Below, in pieces: positions 15,941-30,600 of a stretch of 64,000 nt of DNA. Source of the stretch: Daphnia carinata (taxonomy: Eukaryota); contig NC_081333.1 of assembly GCF_022539665.2 (NCBI RefSeq), forward strand, positions 2,480,001 to 2,544,000, written 5' to 3'. The translations under genes were made by a program, and so were the position numbers. The notes beneath the pieces are model-generated. The model ran no database searches, had not been told where the DNA came from, and saw nothing but the letters and a program-made list of their open reading frames with translations. Position 1 is the first letter of the stretch, and every line of letters starts with the position of its first letter.

Positions 15941-16445
15941 ATGGCGTACAACTCTTCAATCGGGACGGAACAGGAGCAACAGTCGGTCATTGGAGACGCG
16001 GGGCTTGTCAGCGCGTCCAACGGCGTCTTGATAACGACAAGCGAAACGACATCGGTGGCCGTCGAAGCATCGGTGGATAGCTTGTTCCAGTGGACCACGA
16101 TCGCCGAATCGTCAACGTTCGGCCTAATCTGGCTAACGGCCGTTATCGGCAACGGACTCATCACGTGTACCCTACTCCGCAGGGGCCTCCTCACTCATCC
16201 GTCCAACAGGTTAGTTATATATATTATTTTTTTTTAATATTTTTTTTTCCTTGGACTTTGGAATAAGAGGATTGTTCTATCCGGAAGAAAGCCGAAGCGT
16301 TGGATGTGATACAAGTGAAAGCCGGCCTTCTTTTGGGGGAAGGGGATAGACAATTGAGAAACGGCTTAAAGCGGGGAGATTTGCTCCGTTCTGATTGACG
16401 GATTAAATGAGAAAGAAATCAGATTCTTGGTAGGCTATCATTAAG

Positions 16446-16476
<31 letters not shown>

Positions 16477-19400
16477 GACAAGGTCTTTCTCAGAATTTCA
16501 AAAAAAAAAAAAAAAAATACGTGACACCTCAAGAGAGATGTTTCTCGTGCACCAGCCTTGAGATATAAAAATGAAAACTCGCCTTCTATTCCAAGGGCAT
16601 TGGGACACCGGGATCGTTGTTGGTTTAGCAAAAAAAAAATAACGAGCCTGACATAACGCGAAAAGATATGTTTTTATTCGAGAACTTGAGACGAGCGTTA
16701 TACCTTATATCGTAAATAGAACGCGATCCTGCTAGACTTAATTGTATGTATATATACTTCAGGATCCCTGGCGAAGTGTATAACCCCGGAAGAAGAGAAC
16801 CTGATTACACATCCCCCATCAGCAATCTAGCAGAGTTCATTGATCTTCCTCTTATTATTACGACTATATCTATAATTGCCCTTTTTTTTTATTGTAGCAC
16901 AGCAGCAGCAGCTCTATAGTGTGGCCAGCCAATCGATATTCGTTTTTTTATTAGAGACATTGTCTTTTAATTGAAGGGGAAAAAAAAATGATTCATTTAT
17001 GATCAGTTGCGTCTGGGCTCATCATTGCTATTCTCCAGTATAAACACGGACCGTTTGACATCCCCGAGTTTTTCTTTTTTGTTTAAGAAATTGAATGTTT
17101 GGACCAACGTAAGTCTTTCGATCTGCGCTGAATCAAGATTTGGCTTGTTGATTTTTGGCCAACTTGTTCTCCCTCATCAGCGCGAAATTCTTTTCGGAAC
17201 AGCCATAAAAATGATTGAGAAAATTCGTTCGTAGCCGAAACATTTTGGCAAACGTCTCTGGAAAAAAAACAAAACAAAAAACAAGCAGCTGGTTGACACG
17301 TATATAAAGGAATCACACAAGCGTTCATCGCAAGAAAATGGCAAACGCGATAGTGTAACGTGAATAAGTAATCTTATACGCTACACTGGCCGAAATTGCG
17401 AAATAGGATGGGCTATTATTATGCAACATTATACCACGACGAGAATACCAAACCATTTCGTTTTTTTTTGTTTTTGTTTTACGTAAACTTTTGCACACGG
17501 CCGGTCTGAAAAGAAGCTTCCGAATGACCAAGGACTCGTTTTTTTTTTTCTCCATTGCCTTACGTCATTCAGGAAAAGTGAGAAAGAAGAGGAATAGAGC
17601 ACACAAAGAAAAATCACATTTTTTTTTTTTTGCCTTTGAAATGAATTAATATTATTCAAGGATTTTCTGGAAACAATTGAAAAACAAAAAAAAAAAAAAG
17701 AAAAAGGGCCATACTCATGAAAAATGCATATCTCTCAAACCATTTAAAATAAAGTGTGAAGAATATAAATGTGGAAGAAAACAAAAAGAAGAAGAGACTG
17801 ATGGCCCAGCAATGTATAGGCAAGATGAATGCACGGCTTTTTTTCATGAAGTGGCCCAGTCTTCGTGCTCTACATCGGAGAGGCCTGCGGACGGGATAGG
17901 CCAATCGATTGCGTCTCCCTCCTGTGTATGTAACAATGCAGGGCAAATTAAAATATTCAAATCGATACCGTGTTGTATGTACGTTCTTGCGATGCGCCAA
18001 TCACGACAGCCTTGAAGCAATTGCGTTCCATCCAGAAGAAAGAAAAAAAAAAAAAAAACATTTCTTACAGATTCAAATCACAAAGTTTGGCTCTTGTCAG
18101 TACCTCGCCTATAGCGATTTGCATATGCGGAAATTTTTCGAAATCACGGCTCCTATTTTGTCCTGTGGATTTTTGATTAGAAAATGCCGAAAGGCCATCG
18201 CATTTCTCAGCGCATCCCGCCCAGTCACGGACACCTCGTCTATTTCCACCTTTTCTTTTTTTAAATTTTATTATTATTATTTTGCTCGTCTTTTCGTCCA
18301 TCTTTAAAAGATCATTACTTTTGAGTTTCTCACCTTTTCTTATTTCGTCAATCAATCCCCCCCACCCCAACTCGGTATGGCATGTTCCAGTTGACACTGC
18401 AAACTGTCGCTAACGGAGATACGACGATGATGAATCGAATCGAAAACGGAGCGAATGCACTCGACGTTTTGGCTTTGTTAAAAAAATTTCATTTTTTCTT
18501 TTTGGCTGGACATTTATGGCGTTAAGGAATGCATTATTCTTTTTTTTTTCTTTTCTCTCTCTCCCTCTTTTATAAATGATACAAAAAACAAAAATCTAAT
18601 TGTTTTTGTCAATCAGAAAATGAGTTGACAGTCCAATTACGCATATAGGGTAATGTGCATTTTGAAACTGCTTGACGATGATGTTGCGGAATTTCTTCTT
18701 CAAAGATCGTGCAAATCGTCCCGCAAAAGAGAGGCCCGTGGATGGCATTCCCTTCGAGTTTTGAGATTGATTCGCACCCGCCATTTTTGAAATATGATAC
18801 GGTTCCGGAGAACGAAAAAGAGACACGAAACGTGCCACTCTTATGCGGAAAACATTATTATTTATTTATTTATTTGTTTTTTTTTTTTCAAATCAATTTT
18901 AAATAAAGAAAAATTTTAAGACGGATTATTGGCGGAAGTTGGTCCGGAAATGAGACGGACTTTTGTATACGCACCGGATATGTTTATTATAACGCGCTTT
19001 TAGAATTGCGCTATTTATGTATATGTTTTTGCTATTTCAACGGTGTTTATGTTTCCAAGTACATCGGTGACCTTGTGTGCTGGGCAGCAGTTATTTTATT
19101 TTATTTAATTTTTTTTTTTTTTCCCGGTCTCTTCTTTCTTTCTGTTTCTCCATTTCTGTGAACTGGACATTAGACAAGTGACACAACAAGATAATGTGCT
19201 TTTATCTTTGGAAGAAAGAAAAAAAAAAAAAAAGAAACACGAGTTTGTTGTGTCTCTTCCTTTCCCGGTTTCCTCTACACACTGCCGTTGTTTTTTCTTT
19301 TTTCTTTGCCCTTTTTGATTGATTTATCGTGAATTTTCTCCCATTGGTTTTCGCATCATTCTCCGTGCATCTCTCGTTTTGCTTTCACAAAAACAAAAGA

Positions 19401-21175
19401 CAATCGTGTTTTTTTTTTTTTTTATTTATTTATCTTCGAAGCGCGTTTAAAGACAACCAATTGACACGCTGAAGCCCCAGACACAAACAGACACGGGACA
19501 GCTGTTCCACGTCCTTGAAATCGAAAGAGAGAGGTTAGTTATAACCTTCCAAAGTGAGGAAGTGTTTAGCGTGATTGTGTGTGTCTTTTTTTTTTTCTTT
19601 ACAATCTACAGAGGCTAGATTAATGTGCTTTAAGTCGTTCTAGAAAATTTCGAGAAAAACCAGGAAATGATTTCCCAAAAGAAAATGCACTTTATGATGA
19701 ATGATTTTTCAATTGACAAAACAATAAAAAAACAAAAACAAATGCAAATTTAAAATGATCCATAAATCGGTGACTTGTCTTTATTAGTTTTGTCTCTATC
19801 ACACCGAAATGGCTAGAGTCAACGAAGGTTACGCAGGTGTCCTCGCCCCCTGTTTGACACACACACACACACAAGTCTATGGAACAAAAAAAAAAAGAGT
19901 CTTGCGTGGGCGAATACAGGGCGGGGCGGAAGGAAACTATAAATCTGTGTGGGCTTTTCTACAAGCTCTCCGTCTTCCTTTTGGGTGCATTATTGTTGAT
20001 CTGGACGTTCTTGACGTCTTAGCAGGAAATCAATCTTTGGGCTTCTGATTTCTCAAGGTGAGTTAATTGAATGGGCGGGTTAAAAATTGGAACAACAAAA
20101 GGGCATTTTCATGTCGGTATGTTATAGATATTGACATTCTTGGCATTGATTCTAAATAAGAAAAAAATGATTTGCTCTTTTTTTTTTCCCTTTTCAATCA
20201 AGAGAGACGAAAAGATTTGATGATACAATCATTTCTTGTTCTTTTTTTTTGTGTGTGTTGCGTTCCAGCAACAGACAGGTCTCTCCATCGTATTTCTTTT
20301 TAAGGTTTGAAAAATTGTAGTCCGTCCTTGAAACAAACAAAAAAAAAATCACTTCGTCTATATGATCGAATTCCATCCCCACCCAAGAAAAAGAAACGCG
20401 AATGGAACACGACACTTTTTCCTAAACACATATTACAAAATATTTGCAAACACTTACCGCGCTCTATTTTCGAATCACAGCAAAAAAAAAACCGCACCCC
20501 TTGTCATGTTTCTTTCCTCTCATCGACCTCAACATATTTAATTGTTGTTTTCTTTCATTAAATTCACGCCCCTGCCGAAAGAACAATCCGGAAGGGATAC
20601 CACTTGATGAGCTCTTTTTATTTTAAATTAAATAATAATGATAATTGAAAGAAAAAAAAAAAATAGCCTTGAAAGTGTTTCAATACAACACGTCTGCCGA
20701 TAACGGTGAATAGGAGATGGCTCTTCCATCACTCGGTGCTCATCTGCATATAATGCGATATCCCCAACAACCTCGGGCAGCCAAAAAGAAATAAATAAAA
20801 ACAGTGTCTCAACTCGCTTCTTCGACACTGGTCCATCCAATCGTGAAACGTCGAATGACACACGAGCAAATTCACGCGAGTATCGCGGCAGAGAACACGC
20901 GAAACATTTCCATATTCCTGTTTCTGTATTTTTTTTGGGGGGGGATATTTCTTTTAAACGTAACACACACGTGTGTGAGTAAGAGACCATAGATCTTAGC
21001 CTCGTTAAAAACGAAACACACAGTCACCTTCACACGTCAGTTTTTTTGTTTTTCATTTATGTATATACGAGTTGGGTTTGGCTTTTGCCGTGTTTTTGTT
21101 TGAACTTGAAACGTTCAACAAATGCCACAATAAAAACGGCAACGCCCGCCCCATCAGATTTGCATTAAAAGAAGA

Positions 21176-21207
<32 letters not shown>

Positions 21208-24200
21208 TTGACGTTTAGGAAGACGGTAGAAAACAGATTTTTTTGCTGTCTCGGCTCTGTGATTATCAGTTACCGACATTGTGTCTTGTGATGGCTTTGC
21301 TAAATTTCTTTTTGATTGTTGAGTTCGTTGTGATGGATAATAAGACGAGCGCGTTTGGCCGCAACTCGTTTTCTTCCGCGCGCGCAAAAAAAAAAAAAAA
21401 ATAAGAAGCGCGATAAGGAAACATCGTTAGACATTGATCAATGACGATCAGCATCTCATTTTTTTTTTTTTTTGTGTTATGTCGATAACAAAATCAACTG
21501 ATCATCTTTTTCACGCGGAAAAAAAAAATCGCAATGTTTTTTTTTTCTCACGAACGACTCACGTTCCTTTTTTTTTAATATTTTTTCATTGAAAGAAGAA
21601 CTCGTTTATTATATACGAGCATCGTTTGATATTCTTCGCTAGTCGTAAACAAAAACACATTGAAAAAGAAACGCATTTACATGTGCGTCAAACTTGGCAC
21701 GTGTTTTGTGATGTTGTTTCGATATTTTTAAAACACCTGAATTCTTTCTTCTCGTGATTTACGGTAGAGACGAAGTGAAAAAGAAAAAAAGGGCCAGCAA
21801 TAAAAACAGAAAAAAAATAAAAATAGGGGGAAGCCGGTAGCGCAATTGCGAATCAAAATGTGCGTCAAAAACAGCCGGCCACACGCCGACCTTTTCATTA
21901 TCGGCCTTATATTACCGTCAATCAATAGGCGATCGTATAACATTGACCTTATATGGTTATACACACGCCTGTATTGTTTAAAAACATTTTTTTTTTCTTG
22001 AAATTTTACTTGACCCCAAGTGCGATACAACATCCTGGCCCAACTATTTGGCACATTCGATTATTTATCAGCTGTGTCTATTAAAATCTCGAAAGATGTT
22101 TGTAAAATTTCCAAAAAAATAAGATTACATTATATTTACGTAACACAGGACTAAATATATTTTTATTTATTGTTCGAGAATGCAAGAAAAAAAAAAAAAA
22201 ACAACAACAACAAAAAAACAACGAAAATGCCTCTATGCGCCAGCTGATGTTCACTTGGCTCCAGACTTGCCCGCCCTGGAGCTGGGCCCCTTTTTTTTTT
22301 TTTTCTCTTCATCTCTGTGCACCGTACATCCGAATGATGGATGGCGGGTCTAATAAGACGCGTCTAGATGATTTATTTACAACGTCCATTTTTTTTTTTT
22401 TTTTGTTCTTCGTTATACTTATTAGCTGGGCTCTTGCGTATACGCATACCTTTTGTTTCTTTGGCCCTGTTTGAAAAAAACAAAACAAATGTCAAATTCT
22501 TTGTTCCTTTCGAGGGAAAAAAAAAAGAAAAAGAAATTCAGGGCCCTGACAGCAGAGCGTCTGATATTTATTCCAGGAATACGTGTGTGTCTGTGCGTAT
22601 CTGGAGAATGTTCCATGCTCTTCTTCGATGGTGTGTCTATTTGTTTTTCTATTCGTGAATCAAAAGTGCGTTTATTTAAAGGCAGGAAATAAAAAAAAAA
22701 AAAAAAAATAGAATCATTATTTATGGAAACTCTCTCTGTTATTATTGACCCGTTGATTTCATTTCTTTTTCTCCGCCCGCAGATTGGTGTTTAGCGTGAC
22801 GCTGAGCAATTTGATCTTCTCCTTTTGCGTCTTCCCCTGCATCCTCGTCTCGTCCATCAAACAGCAGTGGATCTTCGGCTCCGTTTGGTGTTACATCAAC
22901 GCCTTCTTCACCATTTTGGTAAGGTCCTATACGTCGTGCCATAGCCCGTAATAATAACAGTAGAACCGTACAACCAACTGGATTTATCTATACACATACT
23001 TTGAATTATTATTATCGCGATTATTGTTATTATATACGGCGTCCACTGGGCGGTTTTTGAAAAAAAAAAAAAAATGGGGTCGCTTTTTAAAAAATGTTAT
23101 TCGAATATGATTCATTGCGTCCAGACGTTCGTGTTTTTTTTTTTTTATATCTTATGGCTCAAAGGCATTTCTAAAAAGAAAATCTTAATTTTTTTTTTTT
23201 TTTTCCCCAAACAAATTTTGATTGATTTAGGTAACGGTGGCCAGTTCAGCAACTCTTGCAGCCATCGCTCTCGATCGGTGAGTGTTTCTTCAATTTTTAT
23301 TATTTTTAATAGTCTGTGCCTTTTTCAACGCCAGATGTTATAAAAAAAAAAAAAAAAAAGAAAATTATAGATAGTTGATGTCGTAAACTATACAAAGTAG
23401 TAGTAAAAAATATAGATGTATACACACATCATTCCGCTATTGGATATAGTTGGGAATCAGCGTGACCGCGTTGGGCATCGTATCGTAAAAACAAGAAATG
23501 TGAGGCCAACACGGGCCTTTTTCTCTTGTTTGTGCTGCATCAATGACGAGTGACTCATTTCTTTTTTGGGGGCGATTCGAAAGAAAAAGAAAAAAAAAAA
23601 GGGGGAATTCTTTTGTGTCGAGGTAGATACGACAAAACACTTGATAAATCGAGCTATGAAAATTTGCATATTAAAAGGGAGGACACGGTCCACCGATCGG
23701 CACACATTTCTCCAACTGTCAATTCGACATGCAAGTCTGAATTGGGGACGTGTCTCGTCGATTGTTTTTCGAAACAAAAATCTATAAAAATAGAAGAACT
23801 TCACAAAACCGGTCCTACACGTAGAGGTCTGATTGCAGGTTACACGCAATCATCATCTCTCCAGTATGATGAGATCCTTTTGTTCTTTCTCCCAACTAAT
23901 TACAGCGTATTGTATACACTCACGCGGGATCGTGTTCTTAAATCTCCCAAGTGCGCAGTCTACATTGCGTCCCCACAACAGCCCACTATAATTTGTCGTC
24001 GTCCGAAATTTAATTGTTCCAACTAAAGGTCGAGAGTCTGCGAGCTTTTAGGGCAATCAAGTGAGAGCTTTTAACCTATTATTAGATCCACTAAAATTGC
24101 AATTAGGTGAATGAAGTGGGCCTATTGTGACGTGCGTATAGAACCTTGAACGAGGTTATTATCCCGATCCATTGCTCCACCACTCACGACGTGCTGTGCA

Positions 24201-27200
24201 CGGATGACGTCATTGACAAGTCGACAGCTGGCAATTAGTTTAATCGTTTGCCACTCGTTTTAAATCTCGTCACTGTAAAGAGAAAGAAGAAAAAAAAAAA
24301 ACGAAACATTCCTGTTCCATAACGTCCGTTGAGACTCGCTCAATCTGACAGGTTGGAAATGCCACCAGCTGGACGGCCTGTGTCGTGAAAGAAAGACAGA
24401 AATATTCTGTCTCGAGACACGAGAGAAACGCTCATTCATATTCAACAGTTTCCCAACATCAAAACCATTAGGAAGGTGGAGCAGAGAGGTCACCGTCACA
24501 CTGCATACCACTCATGAATAAATCAGAAAACCAATATGGTCCCTCTTTTTTTTTTTTTTTTTTTTTTTTCTTTCATCTTTTTTTTTTTTAGTTCGTCAAG
24601 GGGCTCGTGTCTACGAGAGAAGAAAAAAAAAACAAGAAGTTACGCACATCTTAAAAGGAGAGATATGCGACGACATATATAGAGGGATGGGCGCCCATTA
24701 AATTGCGTTTTGTTGAAGACTCTACGTTTGATCAAACGGAGGGACACGCCCTTTTTTTCGTGTGGCAAAAAAAGAAAAAGAGGATACATAAAGTTGTAGC
24801 AAATGGAAAGAACAAGAAATTTATTTCATTTTTTTTTTCTTGTTATAAATCATGTAGTATAGTCGACGGCTGCTGATTATGGCCAACGTATTGGACGTGG
24901 TCCAGTTGGGGAGAGACGCTGTCCAGCATCTCGACGTGCATAAACATCCATTTACTAAAGCGCTCAAAAAAAAAAAATTGATATGGTGACCTTTTCAATT
25001 TGTTTTTCGTTTATCCCTTTGCACATTGTTTTCTTCAATCGAAATTAAACGATTTCATTTTGAGCTTTCCAAAATTTATAGGACGATATCTAATACGTCA
25101 ATTGAGACTATCGTTGGTTTTTAGCACCCAGTTTCGGAATGATGGTGGCGCCGACGTTTTTAGTTTATTAGCCATTTCTAGTCACGTCGTCCCTTGTCTA
25201 ATGCCAAAAACAGACACACGAGAAAATAAGGACGACGTGTTAATGATTTAATGGCTTGAATCGACCACACTTTTCATAACGCATCAGGTTCATCATGAGG
25301 GTATAACCACTCCTACCTCTCACCTAATTCCCTCTTCCCCCTCCCCCCCTCCAAAAAAAAAAAAATCAGTTAGAAAAGACGCAAGAGACACTTCGCGTTG
25401 TCTCCAAAAAAAAACACTCGGGAAAAGATGCACACGGTGTATAATGTATTTATTTATAAGTACAAGCAAACAGCAGGTCTAAGAATAGGATCATACGTTC
25501 CAGACTAAACAAGCAGCTCGCAAAGTTGGCCTACAACGTGAAAATGACGGCAAGGTCGTGCGTCTTCTGCTGCGGGACACGACCTTCAGTGTGTATAGCT
25601 GTTTTTTTTTTCTTTTATTAATTATGTCTATACGCAGACGGTAGCCGCAGAAAAGAAAACGGACCTCACCTGACGTCCCAACCGCCCATGTCTTGTTTTC
25701 TTCCTTTTCTTTTTCCCGAGCTTTTTGTTCGTGGAATTTATGATGAACTGCGTTGCGGGCGAAATATTAGAGACTCAACTAGTGTGTAGTTAGATAAAAA
25801 GATCGATTGGATATCCATAGACGGTCACGCGGTAGAGGTAAAGAATATTTTTTTTGATCACCTAATATGGTCATCAGCTGAGATATTAAAAAGACGATGA
25901 AGAGCGCGGGGCCAAACGCAAAGGCGGCCGTCATTGATTTTTTTTTTTTTTTTTTTTTTTATGAAACAGCCATTGTGACGGCGAAATGAACGACAGGTCC
26001 ATCTAAAATGTGAGATTTTGAAATTGATTTGACTATTTTTATTTTCTCAGGTATTTCGCCATCGTCCGGCCGATGCAGTACTCGCGCAAGATGACGCGCA
26101 ACCGGGCCAACGGCCTCCTCATCTTCGCTTGGTGTTTGGGACTCGTCTGCGCTCTACCTCCTCTATTCGGATGGTCGACGTATGTATATCTTGTCCATTT
26201 CTGGGAGAGGGAGGAAATGAAAATCGAACGCTTATTTATTGAGATAACCAATCAATATCGCATTGTTCGATGCCAACATTTGTGAAATGGCCAGCGGATC
26301 GGACGGGGAAGACGTTTCATGTACATTAACATTCTTTTCGTTCGCCGTGTGACCTTCGTTCCCTTCCCAATCTCTACAAGACTTATCTATTGTAAATGTA
26401 ACACGTATAAGAGACGGAATCTAGAAAGGCCATCCATCTCTCTATCGTTTGATAAGTCCGCCGCGTTTCCTGTGTACATAAGGCCGCCTTTTATAGAACA
26501 GCACCTGATGCTTTTCCCCCGCAAAGTTTAAAAATAGACCTTCATTTATCTTCTCTTCTTCAAAAGAGCGCTGTTAATTATTTAGCTAGAGGCCTTCATT
26601 AATAGCCAACCGAGAACAATGAATCAATTCATTCAAAATTGCGAGATTGGCGACAATTGCGCTCAATTTCTTTTTTTTTTTTTTAACCCTGGCCTGTAAA
26701 TTAGCCATTTTTCATTTTTCTTGAATATAAATTGAAATTAAAAAAAAAAACAAAAAAAAAAACACAGGTTCAAAAATGTTTTCTCCGTTAGCCGAGCCTT
26801 TTATGCACAAGTGCGCAGCTTTCATAAAAGAGGGACATGACCCCAAAAATGTATTCTTTTCTCTTTGGCCAGTGTTCTTATTGCGCATTTTCGACTGGCA
26901 AAATAACTTCGTGAGTGGCGCCTTCGCAGGTGTCTGAACGATAAGCGCTCCATCTTTCATAGAGACGCACTTGTTATACATTTAATGAGCCATATTTTTG
27001 TTAACGTCTTTAGCTGTTTTGTTTTTTGTTAAGAGCCGAAGAACAAAAGCGCACGATAGCGCCCGCGATTCTTATGAGAGCAAGTTGTTTACAACCGTTA
27101 ACTGCATAGAGAGAGAGAGAAAAACAACATCTGCGATGAGACCAAACGATCGTTTAATGGACGAACGCAAAGAGTCGAAAATGAATGGCTTCACCAGTGG

Positions 27201-27579
27201 CTGTTTACGTGCCTTCATTTTTTCTTTCTCCAATGGAGATATTTTCGTTTAAATATGGCCCTTGTTCTGCAATTTTTTTTTTAAGAGCGCCGGTCGTTAA
27301 AGTCGAATCTTATTGTTGTCTCCCTTAGAAAAAGAAAAAGAAGAACGTTCACTTAATTGCTGAACTATTTTAGTATTCAACAGTGTCTAATGTAAAACGT
27401 TCATTTTCTGTTTCGCGAAGGCTCTGATTTTGTAATTAGGGAGCTCGTCGGGACGAGCCATTTGAATACGCAAATATTTTCGCACACAAAAATCTATTTC
27501 ATTTTTACATTCTATGATGTAATTCCTGCCTGACGCTTTGGCAAGTCGTTGATGTAGGTCTAGGGCCTCTGTCAGTTTT

Positions 27580-27610
<31 letters not shown>

Positions 27611-30600
27611 GCCAATCACAGTTTGAAATTCCCGCGTAATAATTGGACGGACACGCTCCCGTTGCCCGTCTTGGCTATGATCCATTTTTTATTTTATTAT
27701 TTTTTTTTTTTTTATTCTTGCGAATCATATGGAAAAATTCTCAAATAATGAGTCACGTTTTCATTCTAAAAATAAATCAACAGGTACGACTACGAAGAGT
27801 CACATCGAGCTTGTTTCCTGGGCTGGACGTCGTCGCTGTCGTACTCGATCGTCCTGCTCATCATCACATTCTGTTTCCCATTGGTGTCGATGCTCGTCTT
27901 CTACTACGCCATTCTCCAGGTGGCCCGCACCAAATGCAAACGCATCAATTTCGGTAAAAGACCCACAACCAATCGACCCCCGACATGACTTGAAATTGCT
28001 CTTGTAATTCCATTTAAATACGTTTATTTCCACTCTGACGCCTTGGCCACAACAACATTTAAAAAAAAAAAAAAAAGAAAGCCTTAAAAAGGAAATTTTG
28101 ATTGATTGGCAATTGCGTAATACGGCAGGAACGATGTCGGAGCCGCCAATGACTCCGCTGGAACGGATCCAAACTCTGGCGGCAGCGGGGAATCCGCCAC
28201 CGACGCCGCCCGGCTGCGCTGAACTGGCCAACATGCTGGGCGAACTGGGTCGAGTGGCCATGTCCGATTCGCAGACGAGCATAGGCAACAACAACAACAA
28301 CAACCGGTCGCTGAGGCGCAATCGGTTCAGCTTCAACGGTCGCAAACCGTCCTTTTCTTGGCTGTCCAGCACGTCGTCCATCAATTCCACGGCGCCCGTC
28401 AAAGGTGATTCATTCTTTTTCCTATCTCGTTTTTTTTTTTTTTCAAGAAGGGGGGGGGGAGGGGTCACGTTCTCGTGACCAGCATGACAAACCTCCTGTC
28501 CACCCTTTCTTTTTTCCTCGCAATATTCTTGTCTTTTCCATCATTATGGCATAATAAGAAAAGAAAATGGATGCCAAATAGCTCCAGGGCTTAGGAGTCG
28601 TTTGTCTTTTTTTTTTTTTTTTTTATATATATATTCTATTCGACACACTCACTTTCGGTCGTGATTCATCGGCCAACGGGACGTTTCAACTTGTTGTTTT
28701 CACACAGTCCTTTTTGATTTTTAAAATCAGCTTTTCTAGTTATGCAAAAAAAAAAAAAATAAAACGAGAAAGACAAAGGGAAAAGAGAGTGAAATGTTTG
28801 GACGAGAAGAAAGAAAACGAGGGCAAATGCAATACGAGGAACATAAGCTGCCACACGTGCGGCAATGGATAATAGCGAACGAATGACATAGATAAATAAG
28901 AACGGGAAGGCAATTCTGCGTGTTCGGGGCTCGTGATTTGTTTTCAGGGGTTTTCTTTTTTGCACGTATATTAAATATATCTGATGTCAGCTGTTGTCTT
29001 TTTTTAGTTTGCGTGCGACGAGCGCAAAGGATAACGTACAATGCGACCCGTAAGACGAGAACTCAACGAATATTAAGAAATCTTCCTTTAATAGCTTCAG
29101 ATCCGATTGCATCCGGAATAAGCGATCGAGCTAAATCTGACTCCGAAGTTACAAAGTCTGCGAAAATCATTTGCCTACAAAAACATCTAACGTTTCTGAA
29201 ATCGATCAATCTTGTCTTGCACATTCGGCTGGCCCTTGTCATATGAAAAAATTCGCGGATTTTAAGGCCGAATCCATGTCGAATGTCACGCAATGGCAGC
29301 CATCAAATGCCCCCGGTGCACGTCAAGGAGGTCGTGTCATGTTGCCTTACTATACGGGCTAGAGTTGGGTCGTGGATTGTAACAAAATCAAGTTCCCTAG
29401 GCAACGTTTCGTGTTAGCCGCGGGATCAATAATGTCATACACCCCAAACCTGATTTTATTCTATTTTTTTTTTTTCGCCTATCAATCGCTGAAAATTGTT
29501 AGATCATAGCCCCTGTTAGATATAAGTGAATCGCAAGTCTATATAGCAGCTGAAAATATTGATTGACATCCAGGCTGGACCTTTCGCATGACGTTCACTG
29601 ATAATCGATACAAGATCCGGCTTGCAATTGTATCAATAAATCATCCGACCCATGTAACTTTCGTTTTCTTTTTTCTTTCTCCGCGCAGAATTAAAAATAG
29701 CCGTGTGTTTAGACCCCCCGCGTACTGGTCGATCTCGTCCAGGCTAGAGAGAGAGAGAGAGAGACAGTTTATGTATGTACACGAAAAGCGAAAAAGTAAA
29801 TAGCTTTCGGGGATTGCATGCGAGGCGTTGTCTGCATTTCAGATTAAGGAAGAAGCCGAGCCGAGAAGCTTTCCGTTTTTCAATATCGTTCTTGACGACT
29901 TCAGGACATCAAATAGGGAGGGGGGGGGGGAGGTGGGATAGTTGGCTTGGAGAGTCAGAAGACGCCCCTGAATAATGTGCTGTTTTAAAAAAAAAGTGTA
30001 TAGGAAAGAGAGAGAGAGAGAGAGAGAGAGGGGAAAATCATTAACTTTTATATACAGACACAGAGTATTCTTTGAGCTATAAAAACTCATGGCTAGTGTA
30101 GATATCATGTGCGTGTTGTGTTGTTGCTACCGCGGGAATCAAAAAGAGGTTTCGGCAGTCTGTGTTTATCCTTTTTTGGGGGGGGGACGGGTGTCATGGT
30201 AACCAGAGGCCAAAACACAGTTAAGTGTGTGTGTATATATTCTCCAGGATCTGAGATTGAAAAACAAAAAAAAAAATTGCCAACATAATGTAACGGCTAA
30301 AGAACAACAACAACAACAAAAAAATGGCTGTTATGTTTCGAAAAATGAACGTTAAATAACAAAAAAGAAAGGAAGGGAGAGTCATTGTTGATGAACATCC
30401 GTTTACGTGCAGGAATGAGGACCATTTTCCTGGTACTGGCTGCCTTTCTGTTGACATGGCTACCGATGCTGGTCCTCGCCCTACTGGATATGATCCGTTA
30501 CCTGGGCGGACTGGGCGCCTGGACGCCGCCGCAGTGGCTCTACGTCTTCGCGATGTGGTCCATGTGCGCTGGAAGCGTCACCTACCCGATCCTGTACGGC

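Noticed and set aside
27800..28468. 222-aa minus-strand ORF
   Set aside because: Antisense shadow of GPCR exons 5-6 that runs through intron sequence.
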